Assembly: GCA_044222185.1 (NCBI GenBank)
Contig: JBGANV010000001.1
Location: 224,001 to 288,000 of the forward strand
DNA length: 64,000 nucleotides
Direction of reading: 5' to 3'
Origin: Planctomycetota bacterium
Lineage (GTDB): Bacteria > Planctomycetota > GCA-002687715 > CAIWVZ01
Shown: piece by piece, positions 18,461 through 29,314 of the stretch
Numbering within the stretch: position 1 is the stretch's first letter
How the letters are laid out: each line of letters begins with the position of its first letter
Position numbers and translations under genes: made by a program
The notes under the pieces: generated by a model
Databases searched by the model: none
What the model saw: only the letters and a program-made list of their open reading frames with translations
What the model was told of the DNA's origin: nothing

Positions 18461-19819
18461 ACGCGGCGTCGGCCCGCTCGAGATGCCTCCTTCTCTCGCG
18501 CCACGATCGTGGCGTGCCGCGGCGTGGTGACTGCCGGAAGCCTGCCCGCGATCGAACATCCCCATGCTCTCGCGGCCGCCGTCATCGGCGCCATGGAACC
18601 CCGGATTCGGTTGGGGCATGTGTCTACCTCTCGGATCGGCTGGCGCGCCGATCTCGCCTTCACCGGCACCCGTGCATTTCAGGTGATGCTATCGGGAGTC
18701 CGCAGGCTCCGTTGGTTTCGTCGCACACGCTTCGAGGAGTGAAACGGTCGGTCAGACGTGTGCTTTCATTCACTGGAGTTCATCTCTGAGGCTCCCACGG
18801 GAATGTCGCGGACCGCATGCGACGGTGCCATCAGGTCTCCTGCGATCATCGACGCCGGAATCCTGGCCGGCATTGTCGCGAAACGCCCTGTGCAGCTTCA
18901 ACGAGGTCTGATGGCGGCACCTGTCTGTGGCAGGCGACACTCCGTACGCGGAACGTCGAGCGCGTGAGCGTGGAGAGGCGGGGCACGCCGCGGGCTCGCG
19001 GCCCGTGCAGTCCGACGTCGTATCGGTGAACGCTCCGGTGCCGTCCCACGGCTGGATCGCGGTGGCACGAGAGAGCACGAACTCTCGGATCGACCTGTGG
19101 TTCGGAACACGCCCGAATCCAGCAACGACGACGAGGGGGACACGCCTGGGTGGCAGGGCGAGGACGCATCGTGTTCGCGCGAAACGATGCCGATCAGGCG
19201 CAGCTCCTTCAGGAAACGGCGACTGAATCTGAGGACGGAGCCGCGCTCAGCCTGTCCGTCGACTTCGCGATGTGCGGCGGTGCTCGAGCTGAGCTGAGTG
19301 GCTCGTCTCCTCCGTTGATGACGTTGCGCCTTCGGCGTCTTCGGCGGCGGCCTTGCCGGCCTGGTCCGCGAGCCCGACGTCGTGTTGCCCGGCGTCGTGA
19401 AACCGAGACTGGTCGAGCCTCGGTTCACTCCAACGAGGCGCAACCGGTCGCGCGCGGGAATCTCGGAAGCGGGCCTGACGTTCCACGATCGCGATTCGAC
19501 CTTCCAAGAGGACGGCTGCGGTTCGGTGGTCCGCTCCGTCGGCTCGATCGTGGTCGAATTCTCGCGCTCGTGGGGCTCGCTCGGCGCGGCTGAACGTCCT
19601 CGCTGATTCAGCGCGCCCTGGCTCCGTCCGGGCAGTTTGCAGCGGAGATCACCTCGTCGTCCACGAACCCTTGCGCGCCGCACCGACTGCCGCCGTCATC
19701 AGCGGCCCGCTTTCTCGCGGCGGCGGCCTCGCTGCCGTGCGCGTCCCGCCCTCGATGCGGTGGTGCCGTGATCCGAGCCCGCGACGTGAATCCCAAACCG
19801 TCGCGCGCTGGCCACGCGA

Positions 19820-21319
19820 TCACCTGGGCGGCTGGCGCTCGCGGAGACGGATCGAATCGAGGCCCAGGTAACGGCCCGTCGAGACGGCGTTCTTGCCTGC
19901 GAGCTCGAAGCGGAGAACGTGCTTGCCGGGTTTCGGCGCGAACGTCCCCAGCGAGATCTCCTCCACGTGGGTCTCGGCGGCGTAGAGGTCGAGCGCGTCC
20001 ACCTTCACCTCTCCGTCCAGCTTGATGCGCCAGATCCCGAAGTCGTAGCTGCGTGTGAGCGGCAGGACGACGGCGCGCCGATCCGTCGGCGTCCACTCGA
20101 AGGTCACGTCGACCGCGGCGGTGTCCGACTCGGTCTTCACGAAGAGCTGACCCGGGGGAGTCCAGTCGTAGCCGGCCTGGAGACTCGGAGTCGCGTTCGT
20201 GGCCGTGGCGCCTGCGAGCAGCGCCGCGCCGTCCACGATGACGTCGATCACTGGTGGGACTCGCGCTGGCGCCGGCGGAAGGGAAGCAAACCGCTTGGGT
20301 TGTCCCAACTGGTACCAGAACGCGACGGTCGCGAAGTCGTCGAACCGTTCCGTGTGCCCGTGGATCTTGCCGTCGGGCTTCTCGTCGCCCGGCACCCAGC
20401 CTTTGTGCTCGACGGTGACGCGAAGCGACTTCTGGAATCGCACGGGGTCGTTCAGATGCCAGCGATACGCACTGGTGATCTGGCCGATGTGTCCCCATCC
20501 ACCTTCGAGCAGCGTCGTGCCGCTGTACGGGAAACTGTTCAGCTTCAGCCCCCAAGCCGAAAGGAAGTAGTCCTCAGTCCCCGTGCCTCGGATCGAGGGC
20601 TTCTCCTCACCGTCGATGTAGAAGCAGTCGTCGCCTTCACCGAACCACTCGGGGGACCGCGAGCGCACGGAGAGGACGCAGCCGACGTAGTGCCCGCGAC
20701 CGACGGCGTCCAGGATGAGGTAATCGCGTCCGGCCACCGCGGGGAACTCCTGCCGATACTGGGCGCAGAAGTACGGGGCGTCGTCGGCGACCGCGACCGC
20801 CTCCCAATCGAGGTGGAAGTACGTCGAGTTCAGCGGCTTCTGGCTCTCGTTCGTCAGCGTCACCTTCGCGGACTTGCGAAATGGCATGGGCCAGAAGGCG
20901 TTGTAGGAGTCGCCGTCCTCCACTTGGACGGGGACCGACCGCACCTCGCGGCGCCGCCCGAACCCGACGGCGAAGAAATCACCGACCGGCGATTCCACGG
21001 CCGGTTCGGTGGAGTCGTCCCAGTAGAAGCGGATGACGATCTCGTCGGGGCGCGCACCGCCGTCCTTCGCGAGCCAGGACGGTCGTGCCTCGGGGAACGT
21101 GAGCCAGAGGTGGCGGATGATGCCCGGCCCCGTGAGCTCGGCGAGGACGCGTGTTTCACCGGGCTTGACGCGCAGGTTGTCCCCGTTGCTGTTTGGATCC
21201 GGCGACGCGGACGACACGCGGTGTGTGCGGCCGTCGCCGAGTTTCAGGAGGCCGTCGAGGCCCGCATTCTGGGAAAGTGCAGAGACGAGGCACGCCGCGG
21301 CGATGAGGAGCGTTCGCAT
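19820..21319 (-). CDS. Secreted DUF2961 / glycoside hydrolase family 172 protein with C-terminal beta-sandwich
   Basis: Signal MRTLLIAAACLVSALS; GPGIIRHLWLT, ESPVGDFF, FWPMPF, WFGEGD, GTGTEDYF, YRWHLNDPV, VAFWYQ. Confidence 0.88.
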   Translation of the reverse strand: MRTLLIAAACLVSALSQNAGLDGLLKLGDGRTHRVSSASPDPNSNGDNLRVKPGETRVLAELTGPGIIRHLWLTFPEARPSWLAKDGGARPDEIVIRFYWDDSTEPAVESPVGDFFAVGFGRRREVRSVPVQVEDGDSYNAFWPMPFRKSAKVTLTNESQKPLNSTYFHLDWEAVAVADDAPYFCAQYRQEFPAVAGRDYLILDAVGRGHYVGCVLSVRSRSPEWFGEGDDCFYIDGEEKPSIRGTGTEDYFLSAWGLKLNSFPYSGTTLLEGGWGHIGQITSAYRWHLNDPVRFQKSLRVTVEHKGWVPGDEKPDGKIHGHTERFDDFATVAFWYQLGQPKRFASLPPAPARVPPVIDVIVDGAALLAGATATNATPSLQAGYDWTPPGQLFVKTESDTAAVDVTFEWTPTDRRAVVLPLTRSYDFGIWRIKLDGEVKVDALDLYAAETHVEEISLGTFAPKPGKHVLRFELAGKNAVSTGRYLGLDSIRLRERQPPR

Positions 21320-21516
21320 GGCGGCGCATCTTGGGCCGAAATGCCGCTGGTGTGAAGCCCTCGACCGGCTTGCGGGCTCCCATGGGGGCGTTTTCAATGA
21401 AGCCCTTCGCAGATCGGCCCATGAGAGGTCGGCCTGGACTCGACGACGATGTGTGCGCAGCGACCCGCATCCGCAACACTCGGTGCCGGGCCGATCCGGC
21501 GCGCAGGAGGTTCGCC

Positions 21517-23913
21517 ATGACGCAGACGACTTCCGGCTACGTCCTCCCGTTCGATCGCATCGACCTCGACGATCTGCCCCGCGTCGGAGGCAAGAACGCC
21601 TCGCTCGGGGAAATGGTTCGCGCGTTGAAGCCGGTCGGTGTCCAGGTGCCCGACGGGTTCGCGATCACCGTCGAAGCCTACCGCGATCAGATCCGAGGCG
21701 CCGGGCTCGAGCACGAGATCTCACGGCGCCTGGGTGCGTTGGACGTCACCGACGTCGGCGCGCTGAGCGAGACGGCGGCCTGGATCCGCGCCCGCGTCGC
21801 CGGCACTCGGCTGTCGAAGCCCATGGCCGATGCGATTCGGGGCGCCTACACGGATCTGTCGCAACGCTACGGCGAGGATGCGACCGACGTTGCCGTTCGG
21901 TCGTCAGCGACGGCGGAGGACCTGCCGACGGCGTCGTTCGCAGGACAACAGGAGACCTACCTGAACGTCCGCGGATTCGAGGCGCTGGATCGCGCGGTTC
22001 GCGATTGCATGGCGTCCTTGTTCACGGATCGGGCCATCGTCTACCGCGTGCAGAATGGGATCGCCCACGCCCAGGTGATGTTGTCGGTCGGGGTCCAGAA
22101 GATGGTCCGCAGCGACCTGGGCGCGGCCGGCGTCATCTTCACCCTCGACACGGAAAGCGGATTCCCGGGCGTCGTCCTCGTCACCGGCGCGTGGGGACTG
22201 GGCGAGGTCGTGGTGCAGGGCCGCGTCAACCCCGACGAGTTCTGGGTTCACAAGCAGACGCTGCGCGACGGGTTCCGTCCGATCGTGCGACGGGAGCTGG
22301 GTGACAAGGCGATCCGGCTCGTCTACGCCGACGGGGGGTCGCGGTCGGTGCGCGAGGAGCGCGTTCCGCGTGAGATGCGCTCCCGCGCGGTGCTGACCGA
22401 CGACGACGTTCTGCAACTCGCGCGATGGTCGCTCGTCATCGAGGATCATTACTCGCGACGCGCGGGCCATCCCACACCCATGGACATCGAATGGGCGAAG
22501 GACGGTCGCTCCGGTGCGTTGTTCGTCGTGCAGGCGCGGCCCGAGACCGTTCACGGGCGCGCGGGCACCCGCCTCGAACTGTTCAAGATGGCGGGACACG
22601 GGACGATCCTCGCGCGGGGCAAGAGCGTGGGAGCGCGCGTGGGCGTGGGTCGGGTCCGGCGCATCCGCGCGACTTCGGAGCTCAAGGACTTCCAACCGGG
22701 CGACGTTCTCGTCGCCGAGATGACCGATCCCGATTGGGAGCCCGTCCTCGCAAGGGCCTCGGCCGTCGTCACGGATCAGGGGGGCCGTACGTGTCACGCG
22801 GCGATCGTCTGCCGCGAGGCGCGGATCCCGTGCGTCGTGGGAACCGGCAACGCCACGTCGAGCCTGCCCGAAGGCGCGGACGTCACCGTCTCCTGCGCGG
22901 AGGGGGAGGTCGGCCGCGTCTATTCCGGGCGCGTGCCGTTCACACGCGAAGAGATCGACCCGGCGGGTCTGCCGACTCCGCCCGTCCCGCTCATGATGAA
23001 CGTGGCCGACCCCGACCAGGCGTTCCATCTTGCGTCGATCCCCGCGTCTGGGGTCGGCCTGTTGCGGATCGAGTTCCTCGTCTCCAATTGGATCGGCATC
23101 CATCCCATGGCGCTCGTCCATCCTGAACGCGTGGCGGACGACCCGACGCGGACCGAGATCGCGCGCCGGATCGGTGGTGCTTCGGATCCCGCAGGCTTCT
23201 TCGTGGACCGGATGGCGTCCGGCGTGGCCGTGATTGCGGCGGCGTTCCACCCCAGGCCCGTCATCGTCCGCTTCTCGGACTTCAAGACGAACGAGTACGC
23301 GCACTTGCTCGGCGGAGCGGCCTTCGAACCCGCCGAGGAGAACCCCATGATCGGGTTCCGGGGTGCGAGCCGTTACTACGACGATCGCTATCGCGAGGGG
23401 TTCGCTCTCGAGTGTCGCGCGCTGCGCAAGGTCCGCGACGAGATGGGGCTTCGCAACGTGAAGACCATGATCCCATTCTGCCGCACGCTCGAGGAAGGGC
23501 GGCGCGTCGTCGAGGAGATGCGCGTGAACGGGCTCGTGCGCGGCAAGGACGGGCTCGAAGTCTGGGTCATGTGCGAGATCCCGAACAACGTGATCCTCGC
23601 CGACGGGTTCAGCGAGCTCTTCGACGGCTTCTCCATCGGGAGCAACGATCTGACCCAGTTGACCCTGGGCGTGGACCGTGACAGCGAGATCCTCGCGCAC
23701 CTCTTCCAGGAGAACGACCCTGGGGTGAAGCGCATGATCGAGATGGTGATCACGACCGCGCACGAGAAGGGACGGAGGGTGGGGATCTGCGGACAGGCGC
23801 CCAGTGACGATCCCGAGTTCGCGGCCTGGCTGGTGTCGGTCGGGATCGACTCCATGTCGCTCACTCCTGATTCGATCGCGAACGTGGCTCGGCGGCTGGC
23901 CGTGCGCGCCTGA
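21517..23913 (+). CDS. ppsA: Phosphoenolpyruvate synthase
   Basis: VGGKNASLGEM, AVRSSATAED, SFAGQQET, QARPETV, GGRTCHAAI, EENPMIGFRG, SIGSNDLTQ, GICGQAPSD; AGGAGG RBS. Confidence 0.96.
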   Translation: MTQTTSGYVLPFDRIDLDDLPRVGGKNASLGEMVRALKPVGVQVPDGFAITVEAYRDQIRGAGLEHEISRRLGALDVTDVGALSETAAWIRARVAGTRLSKPMADAIRGAYTDLSQRYGEDATDVAVRSSATAEDLPTASFAGQQETYLNVRGFEALDRAVRDCMASLFTDRAIVYRVQNGIAHAQVMLSVGVQKMVRSDLGAAGVIFTLDTESGFPGVVLVTGAWGLGEVVVQGRVNPDEFWVHKQTLRDGFRPIVRRELGDKAIRLVYADGGSRSVREERVPREMRSRAVLTDDDVLQLARWSLVIEDHYSRRAGHPTPMDIEWAKDGRSGALFVVQARPETVHGRAGTRLELFKMAGHGTILARGKSVGARVGVGRVRRIRATSELKDFQPGDVLVAEMTDPDWEPVLARASAVVTDQGGRTCHAAIVCREARIPCVVGTGNATSSLPEGADVTVSCAEGEVGRVYSGRVPFTREEIDPAGLPTPPVPLMMNVADPDQAFHLASIPASGVGLLRIEFLVSNWIGIHPMALVHPERVADDPTRTEIARRIGGASDPAGFFVDRMASGVAVIAAAFHPRPVIVRFSDFKTNEYAHLLGGAAFEPAEENPMIGFRGASRYYDDRYREGFALECRALRKVRDEMGLRNVKTMIPFCRTLEEGRRVVEEMRVNGLVRGKDGLEVWVMCEIPNNVILADGFSELFDGFSIGSNDLTQLTLGVDRDSEILAHLFQENDPGVKRMIEMVITTAHEKGRRVGICGQAPSDDPEFAAWLVSVGIDSMSLTPDSIANVARRLAVRA

Positions 23914-24071
23914 TTGTGCTCGCGACGGCCACGGGGAGCGCGGACGGACCGGAGATCGTGCCCCCACCGAAGCAATTCGACTCCCGGCACGGGTGCGCGG
24001 AGTCGTGGTACGCTCTGCCCTCGGTCTTGCAACCGGGTCCGTTTCGCAGTCAATCCTCGGGAGAGCTTCGC

Positions 24072-25709
24072 ATGAAGATCAGTACGGCACGGGTCGCATG
24101 GGTCCTGGCGCTCGGAGTGGCGTCGGTTTGCGGGCAGACGATCCTTCATTCCGGCCCGTTCGCGTTCTCCGGCACGACGAGCAAGAACGTCGTTCGGGCC
24201 GCGTCCGGCACGCTGTACGCCGTGTCCATCGCCGGCACCGGAACGTCGAACCCGGTGATCCTGCAGAGCTCCATCGACGGCGGTCAGACCTGGGCGACGG
24301 ACCCCTTCGTCTTCAACGACGCGACGTCGGGACTCAGCGGCCTGTCGACGACGTTGACGAACACGTGCACGGTCGCCATCGACGATCAGGACACGTTGCA
24401 CGTGACGTGGGCGGCGATCTACTACCCGAGCTACTACGCCCAGTACTACCGCAACTACAACCCGCTCACGTCCATCGCGTCAGCGATCCTCAACGTGGCG
24501 ACCGTGACCGGGGCGACGACGGGCACGGCAACGTTCGCGACGGACATCATCGTCGACCAATCGAACGTCGTCTGGATGGCGGCCAAGGGAACCTCGGCGT
24601 GGACCGAGCGCCTCATCCACAGCACGAACCCGTATGCGGCCGGCAACCTCTTCACCGACGTGGGACCCATCAGTCCGACGGCGTCTGCTCAGGTCAGCCG
24701 CCTCGCGATCGATGCCGCCGGCAACGTCCACTGCACGTTCTACCGGAACGTGGGTGCGGGGAACTACGAGCACCGCGTCTACACGCCCGGCATCGGGTGG
24801 GGGACGTCGATCGTCATCGGCAACACGACGCCGACGAACGACTACTACGGCAACATCGCCGCGGATGCGCTCGGCAACGTTCACGCGATCATCGCCAAGG
24901 ACACGTACACCACGAGCACGTGGCAGTTTCGCTACCGCCGTTGGGACGCGACTTTCGGGTGGGGACCCGAGGTGACGCTGTTCGACGCGACGCCGGCGCA
25001 ATACACCGGGATCGCGAACTACTACATCTTCGCTCTGGGGTGCGAGGAGTCCACCGGACTGGTGTCCGTCGTCTACCGCGACCTCACGTCGGGCGGTGCG
25101 CTGCGCGTCGTGCAGAAGGGGCTCACCGACGTCGCGTTCACCGCGCCCGCGGACATCACGACGCCTGCGGCAACGGCGCACGCCTACTACATGCCCACCA
25201 TCCGTGGCACGTTGTTCCCGGTCACGAACCGCACCGGTTTCGACCTGGACCTGACGTGGCAGGCGCGTCCGGCGGGGACGCCTACGCCGCCGTTCGAGTT
25301 CTGGTTCCGTCGGCTGACGGGCGGCTCGCCCGCGTCGATCACGCTGGGAACTCCGGCCGCGATCGGCACGACCGCCCAGGTGAACCTCTCGAGCCCGTTG
25401 GACCCCACCTCGGTCTACATCTGCGGGTTCTCCTTTGGGAATTCTCCGGGGATCCTCCTGCCTGATTTCCGCGTGATTCCGTTGAACCTGGACGACCTGC
25501 TCACGCTCTCGCTCACCGTCGGGAATCCGATCTTCCTCAACACGATTGGAGCCTTGTCGGCCTCCGGCACGGCGTCCGCCCAGATCGTGATCCCGCCGTA
25601 TCCTCCGATCATCGGAGCGACGATCTACGCTGCGTTCGTCGTGCCGAACCCGTCGACGACCTCCGGAATCGGAACGATCTCGCCCTCGCTCGCCATCACG
25701 TTCCAGTGA
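24072..25709 (+). CDS. Secreted BNR/Asp-box beta-propeller-like protein with shared C-terminal domain
   Basis: Signal peptide MKISTARVAWVLALGVASVCG; Asp-box SSIDGGQTW; repeated (I/A)D..G.(L/V)H blades; Pro/Gly-rich C-terminal domain. Confidence 0.75.
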   Translation: MKISTARVAWVLALGVASVCGQTILHSGPFAFSGTTSKNVVRAASGTLYAVSIAGTGTSNPVILQSSIDGGQTWATDPFVFNDATSGLSGLSTTLTNTCTVAIDDQDTLHVTWAAIYYPSYYAQYYRNYNPLTSIASAILNVATVTGATTGTATFATDIIVDQSNVVWMAAKGTSAWTERLIHSTNPYAAGNLFTDVGPISPTASAQVSRLAIDAAGNVHCTFYRNVGAGNYEHRVYTPGIGWGTSIVIGNTTPTNDYYGNIAADALGNVHAIIAKDTYTTSTWQFRYRRWDATFGWGPEVTLFDATPAQYTGIANYYIFALGCEESTGLVSVVYRDLTSGGALRVVQKGLTDVAFTAPADITTPAATAHAYYMPTIRGTLFPVTNRTGFDLDLTWQARPAGTPTPPFEFWFRRLTGGSPASITLGTPAAIGTTAQVNLSSPLDPTSVYICGFSFGNSPGILLPDFRVIPLNLDDLLTLSLTVGNPIFLNTIGALSASGTASAQIVIPPYPPIIGATIYAAFVVPNPSTTSGIGTISPSLAITFQ

Positions 25710-25847
25710 GCGCGCGCCGGGGGGCCTGCGCGTCCCCGAGTGCGTGAATGCGAGTCTCATGCGCGACGCGTCTTCGCGTCGCGCGAATCCCGCTGGCCGC
25801 GTCGCGGCGGCACAGCCACAATCCGGCATCCTTCGCGGAGCCCAGCC

Positions 25848-26843
25848 ATGGAATGTCCCGGTGTATCTTCCGACGCACGGCACGAGACGTTGGTGCCCTG
25901 CCCACGCGCGACGCCTACGTGCCTCACGACCTCGGGCGTGCTCGACTCCATCGGGAACACACCTCTCATGCTCATGCGCCGCGCGAGCGCCGATACGGGG
26001 TGCGCGATCTACGCGAAGGCGGAGTACCTGAACCCCGGCGGAAGCATCAAGGATCGCATCGCGCGCTTCATCATCGAGGAGGCGGAGAAACGCGGCGAGC
26101 TGCGCAAGGGCTCCACGATCCTCGAGGTGACGAGCGGGAACACGGGAATCGGGTTCTCCATGATGGGAGCGATCAAGGGCTACCGCGTCGTGATCATGAT
26201 GCCGAAGACCGTGAGCGAGGAACGTCGCCACATGATCCAGTCGTTCGGGGCCGAGCTTCACCTCCTGGAGGAACTGAACCGCATCCAGTCCGCGGTGAAA
26301 CGGACCATCGAGATCGCACGGGAAGATGCATCGATCTTCCTCCCGAGCCAGTTCGCCAATCCGGACAACCCGCGCTGCCACGAACTCACCACGGGTCCGG
26401 AGATCATCCAGCAGACCGGCGGGAAGTTCGACGCGTTCGTCATGGGCGTCGGCACGGGCGGAACGTTGATGGGTGTGGGACGGGCGATCCGTCACGCGAA
26501 GGTCGCCGCGCGCGTCGTCGCCGTCGAGCCCGACGAGTCGGCGGTGCTGTCGGGGGACCGCCCGGGGCACCACGGAATCCAAGGCCTGGCCGACGGGTTC
26601 ATCCCAGAGATCGTGCGCCAGAACGAGATCGACGAGGTGATCCGCATCCGCACCGAGGACGCCAAGGCCGAGTCCTTGCGGCTCGGTCGGGAAGAGGGTT
26701 TGCTCGTGGGCATCTCCGCGGGTGCCAACGTACTCGCTGCCACGCGGCTCGCGCGGCGCATGGGCCCTGGGCACACGATCGTGACCGTCCTTCCGGATCG
26801 GGGCGAGCGCTACCTCAGCCTGAAGACCGCGACGCCGCTCTGA
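25848..26843 (+). CDS. cysK: PLP-dependent cysteine synthase
   Basis: IGNTPL, KAEYLNPGGSIKDR, TSGNTG, GVGTGGT, HGIQG, EEGLLVGISAG, DRGERYLS. Confidence 0.9.
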   Translation: MECPGVSSDARHETLVPCPRATPTCLTTSGVLDSIGNTPLMLMRRASADTGCAIYAKAEYLNPGGSIKDRIARFIIEEAEKRGELRKGSTILEVTSGNTGIGFSMMGAIKGYRVVIMMPKTVSEERRHMIQSFGAELHLLEELNRIQSAVKRTIEIAREDASIFLPSQFANPDNPRCHELTTGPEIIQQTGGKFDAFVMGVGTGGTLMGVGRAIRHAKVAARVVAVEPDESAVLSGDRPGHHGIQGLADGFIPEIVRQNEIDEVIRIRTEDAKAESLRLGREEGLLVGISAGANVLAATRLARRMGPGHTIVTVLPDRGERYLSLKTATPL

Positions 26844-26858
26844 GGGCCTGCGACGCCA

Positions 26859-28559
26859 TCATGGACGCACGACCCGCAGGAAGCGGTTCACAGCGACCCG
26901 CGTGAGGTTCGTCAGCGTGCCGTCGGGCCACCTCACGACGACCTCATCTGCGATCGTCGCCGCACCGATGCCGAAGTGGAGTCGCGGGTCGGGCGCACTG
27001 AGGTACGAGTCGCTGCTGAGAACCTCCCGCCGCTGGCGGCGTCCGCCAGCCACGACCTCGACCACCGTGCCCACAGGTGGGGCTTTTCCTTCGGCCGCGC
27101 AGACGATCGTCAGCCACGCGCCGTGCGGTGAGTCGTTCCGAAGCAGCGTCGGTGGCGCGTCGAGGTTCGAGATCGCGACGTCCAGGTCGCCGTCGTTGTC
27201 GTAGTCGCCGGCGGCGAGTCCGCGGCTGCAGCGCGCGACCCGGAACCCGGGTCCAGCGCGGGAGGACGCATCCGCGAATTTCCCCGAGCCGTCGTTTTCG
27301 AGCAGCGTTGGCGGCTGGAGGTACGTCGCTCCCTTGTCCGGATGCAGGTCGACCTGGGGGTAGATGTGCCCGTTCGCGACGACGAGGTCCAGATCGGCGT
27401 CGCAGTCGAAGTCGGCGAACGTCGTGCCCCAGGACATGGGGTGGAACGTCGCGGCAGCGATCCCCACTGCCGCGCTCACGTCCTCGAAGAAACCCTTGCC
27501 CGTGCCCCGGTAGAGCGTCGATGCATCGTCCGCGAAATTGGTGACGAAGACGTCGACGATCCCGTCGCCATCGGCGTCGCCGAACGTGAGTCCCATGCCT
27601 GCCTGCGCGGCGCCGTTGTGATCGAGCGCCGCCCCCGTCCACAATCCCACCTCTTCGAACGTCCCACCGCCCCGGTTGCGGAAGAGGTAATTCGGGTCGG
27701 AGTCGTTCGCCACGTAGAGGTCGACGTCGCCATCCTGATCCAGGTCCGTTGCGCCGGCGGCGAACCCAAAAGCCAGTGCCGCGTCCGTGAATCCCTGCGC
27801 CTTCGTGCGATCGGAGAACCGACCGTCGCCGTCGTTGTGAAGGAAGTGATCTGGCGCGCCGGCCAGTCCGAACGGGCCCACGGCCACCTTCTCGACGCCC
27901 TTCCAATCGAGCGTTCGTTGGGCGGAGAGGACGCTCTCGAGGGTGCAGTCGATGTAGGCGGCGACGTACAGATCGAGTCGACCGTCGCCGTCCGCATCGA
28001 AGAAGACCGCGCCAGTGTTCCAACGTGGAATCGTCACCCCCGCGCGCTCGGCCACGTCCTCGAAGGTGCCATCGCCTCGGTTGCGATAGAGGAGGTTGGC
28101 GCCGAACGTGGTCACGAACAGGTCTGGCCGACCGTCCCCGTCGAAGTCGCCGACGGCCACGCCGTTGCACCAGCGGCCTTCGCCGCCGACGTGCGCCTGC
28201 TCCGTCACGTCCTCGAACGTGCCGTCCCTCCGGTTGCGATAAAGCGTGTTGCGGCCGCGCTCGGAAACCGCGCCGGCCTGGATCGACCAGCCGTCGAGCA
28301 CGTAGAGGTCGATCCAACCGTCGCCGTCGAAGTCGATCCACGCGAGACCACACCCTGCCGAGTCCAGCAGGTGATCCTTGCCAGGCCGGCCCGCGTGACT
28401 GGCGCGGGTGATGCCGGCAGCAGCCGCCACGTCGACGAACGCGAACCCGACGGCCGCCGTCGCCGCTGCGGGCGCGGCCGTTTGCGGTGGAGAGCACCCC
28501 GTACCGAGGGCTGCGACGAACCAAACCCCCGCAACGGCGATGCGGGCCGCGCGCGTCAC
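26859..28559 (-). CDS. CRTAC1 / ASPIC-UnbV family FG-GAP repeat lipoprotein
   Basis: Lipobox ALGTGC; repeated DFDGDG..DLYV and LYRN.GDGTFEDV; QAGMG; C-terminal LHFGIG...VRWPDG; GTG overlaps upstream stop (alternative ATG 28586). Confidence 0.9.
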   Translation of the reverse strand: MTRAARIAVAGVWFVAALGTGCSPPQTAAPAAATAAVGFAFVDVAAAAGITRASHAGRPGKDHLLDSAGCGLAWIDFDGDGWIDLYVLDGWSIQAGAVSERGRNTLYRNRRDGTFEDVTEQAHVGGEGRWCNGVAVGDFDGDGRPDLFVTTFGANLLYRNRGDGTFEDVAERAGVTIPRWNTGAVFFDADGDGRLDLYVAAYIDCTLESVLSAQRTLDWKGVEKVAVGPFGLAGAPDHFLHNDGDGRFSDRTKAQGFTDAALAFGFAAGATDLDQDGDVDLYVANDSDPNYLFRNRGGGTFEEVGLWTGAALDHNGAAQAGMGLTFGDADGDGIVDVFVTNFADDASTLYRGTGKGFFEDVSAAVGIAAATFHPMSWGTTFADFDCDADLDLVVANGHIYPQVDLHPDKGATYLQPPTLLENDGSGKFADASSRAGPGFRVARCSRGLAAGDYDNDGDLDVAISNLDAPPTLLRNDSPHGAWLTIVCAAEGKAPPVGTVVEVVAGGRRQRREVLSSDSYLSAPDPRLHFGIGAATIADEVVVRWPDGTLTNLTRVAVNRFLRVVRP

Positions 28560-29101
28560 CGTGCGGATATTCCGAGCAACTCCCATTGCGCCGCGACGCG
28601 GCTGAACGCCGCGGAGAGTTGATCGGTCGTGCCGCCATCCGCGGCCTTGCCGATCGTCGTCGCGACATCGAGCAACGCTTTCTTCGCGGCTCGCGTGACG
28701 ATCACGTATCCCTCGTCGTACAGACCCTGCGCCTCGGCATTCGCGTGGTGGTGATGGCCGCCGTCGATGAGCCGTTTGCGAATTCCCCCGACGGCGTTGT
28801 CGCCCTCGTTGCCCAGTTCGGCGACCAATGCCGCGAGCGATTCGATCTCCACCTTCGCGGGTTGTCCGGCCTTGAGCTTGGCATTCGCCTGTTCGAAGGT
28901 GCTCCGAGCGCGCTCGTAGGTCTCGGCGAGGATCGCGCGCACGATGTTCGACTCCGTCTTGTTCAACGCGAGGATCCCGTCGGCGAGGCTGCTGTACGTC
29001 GCGACGAGATCTTTGGGCGTTGCTCGCGGGGCTTCGGCGCGGTGGAAATAGCCCAGACATCCAACTGCGACGCAGGCGACGATGCAGGACGTTGTCTTCA
29101 C
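28556..29101 (-). CDS. Secreted alpha-helical hypothetical protein with GGHHHH motif
   Basis: GAGGAG RBS, N-terminal hydrophobic signal, amphipathic helices, NEGDNAVGGIRKRLIDGGHHHHA. Confidence 0.75.
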   Translation of the reverse strand: MKTTSCIVACVAVGCLGYFHRAEAPRATPKDLVATYSSLADGILALNKTESNIVRAILAETYERARSTFEQANAKLKAGQPAKVEIESLAALVAELGNEGDNAVGGIRKRLIDGGHHHHANAEAQGLYDEGYVIVTRAAKKALLDVATTIGKAADGGTTDQLSAAFSRVAAQWELLGISAR

Positions 29102-29314
29102 GGGTTCGGCTCCTCAGATTCTCCGGCGGGCCCACCGTCGTTCGGCGGGCCCGCCACCCTGGGCGCGTCGATCGCGGAATACGATCGTGGGCGAATTGTC
29201 CCACGCGGGCCGCGCGCGCGCGAGCGTTCCCATGACGTGGCCCCTCGCAGTTCACGGCATCGACGACCGAGAGCCGGGGAGGTGCCCGCGGCTTCGTGCG
29301 ATCGCGACGCCGCC

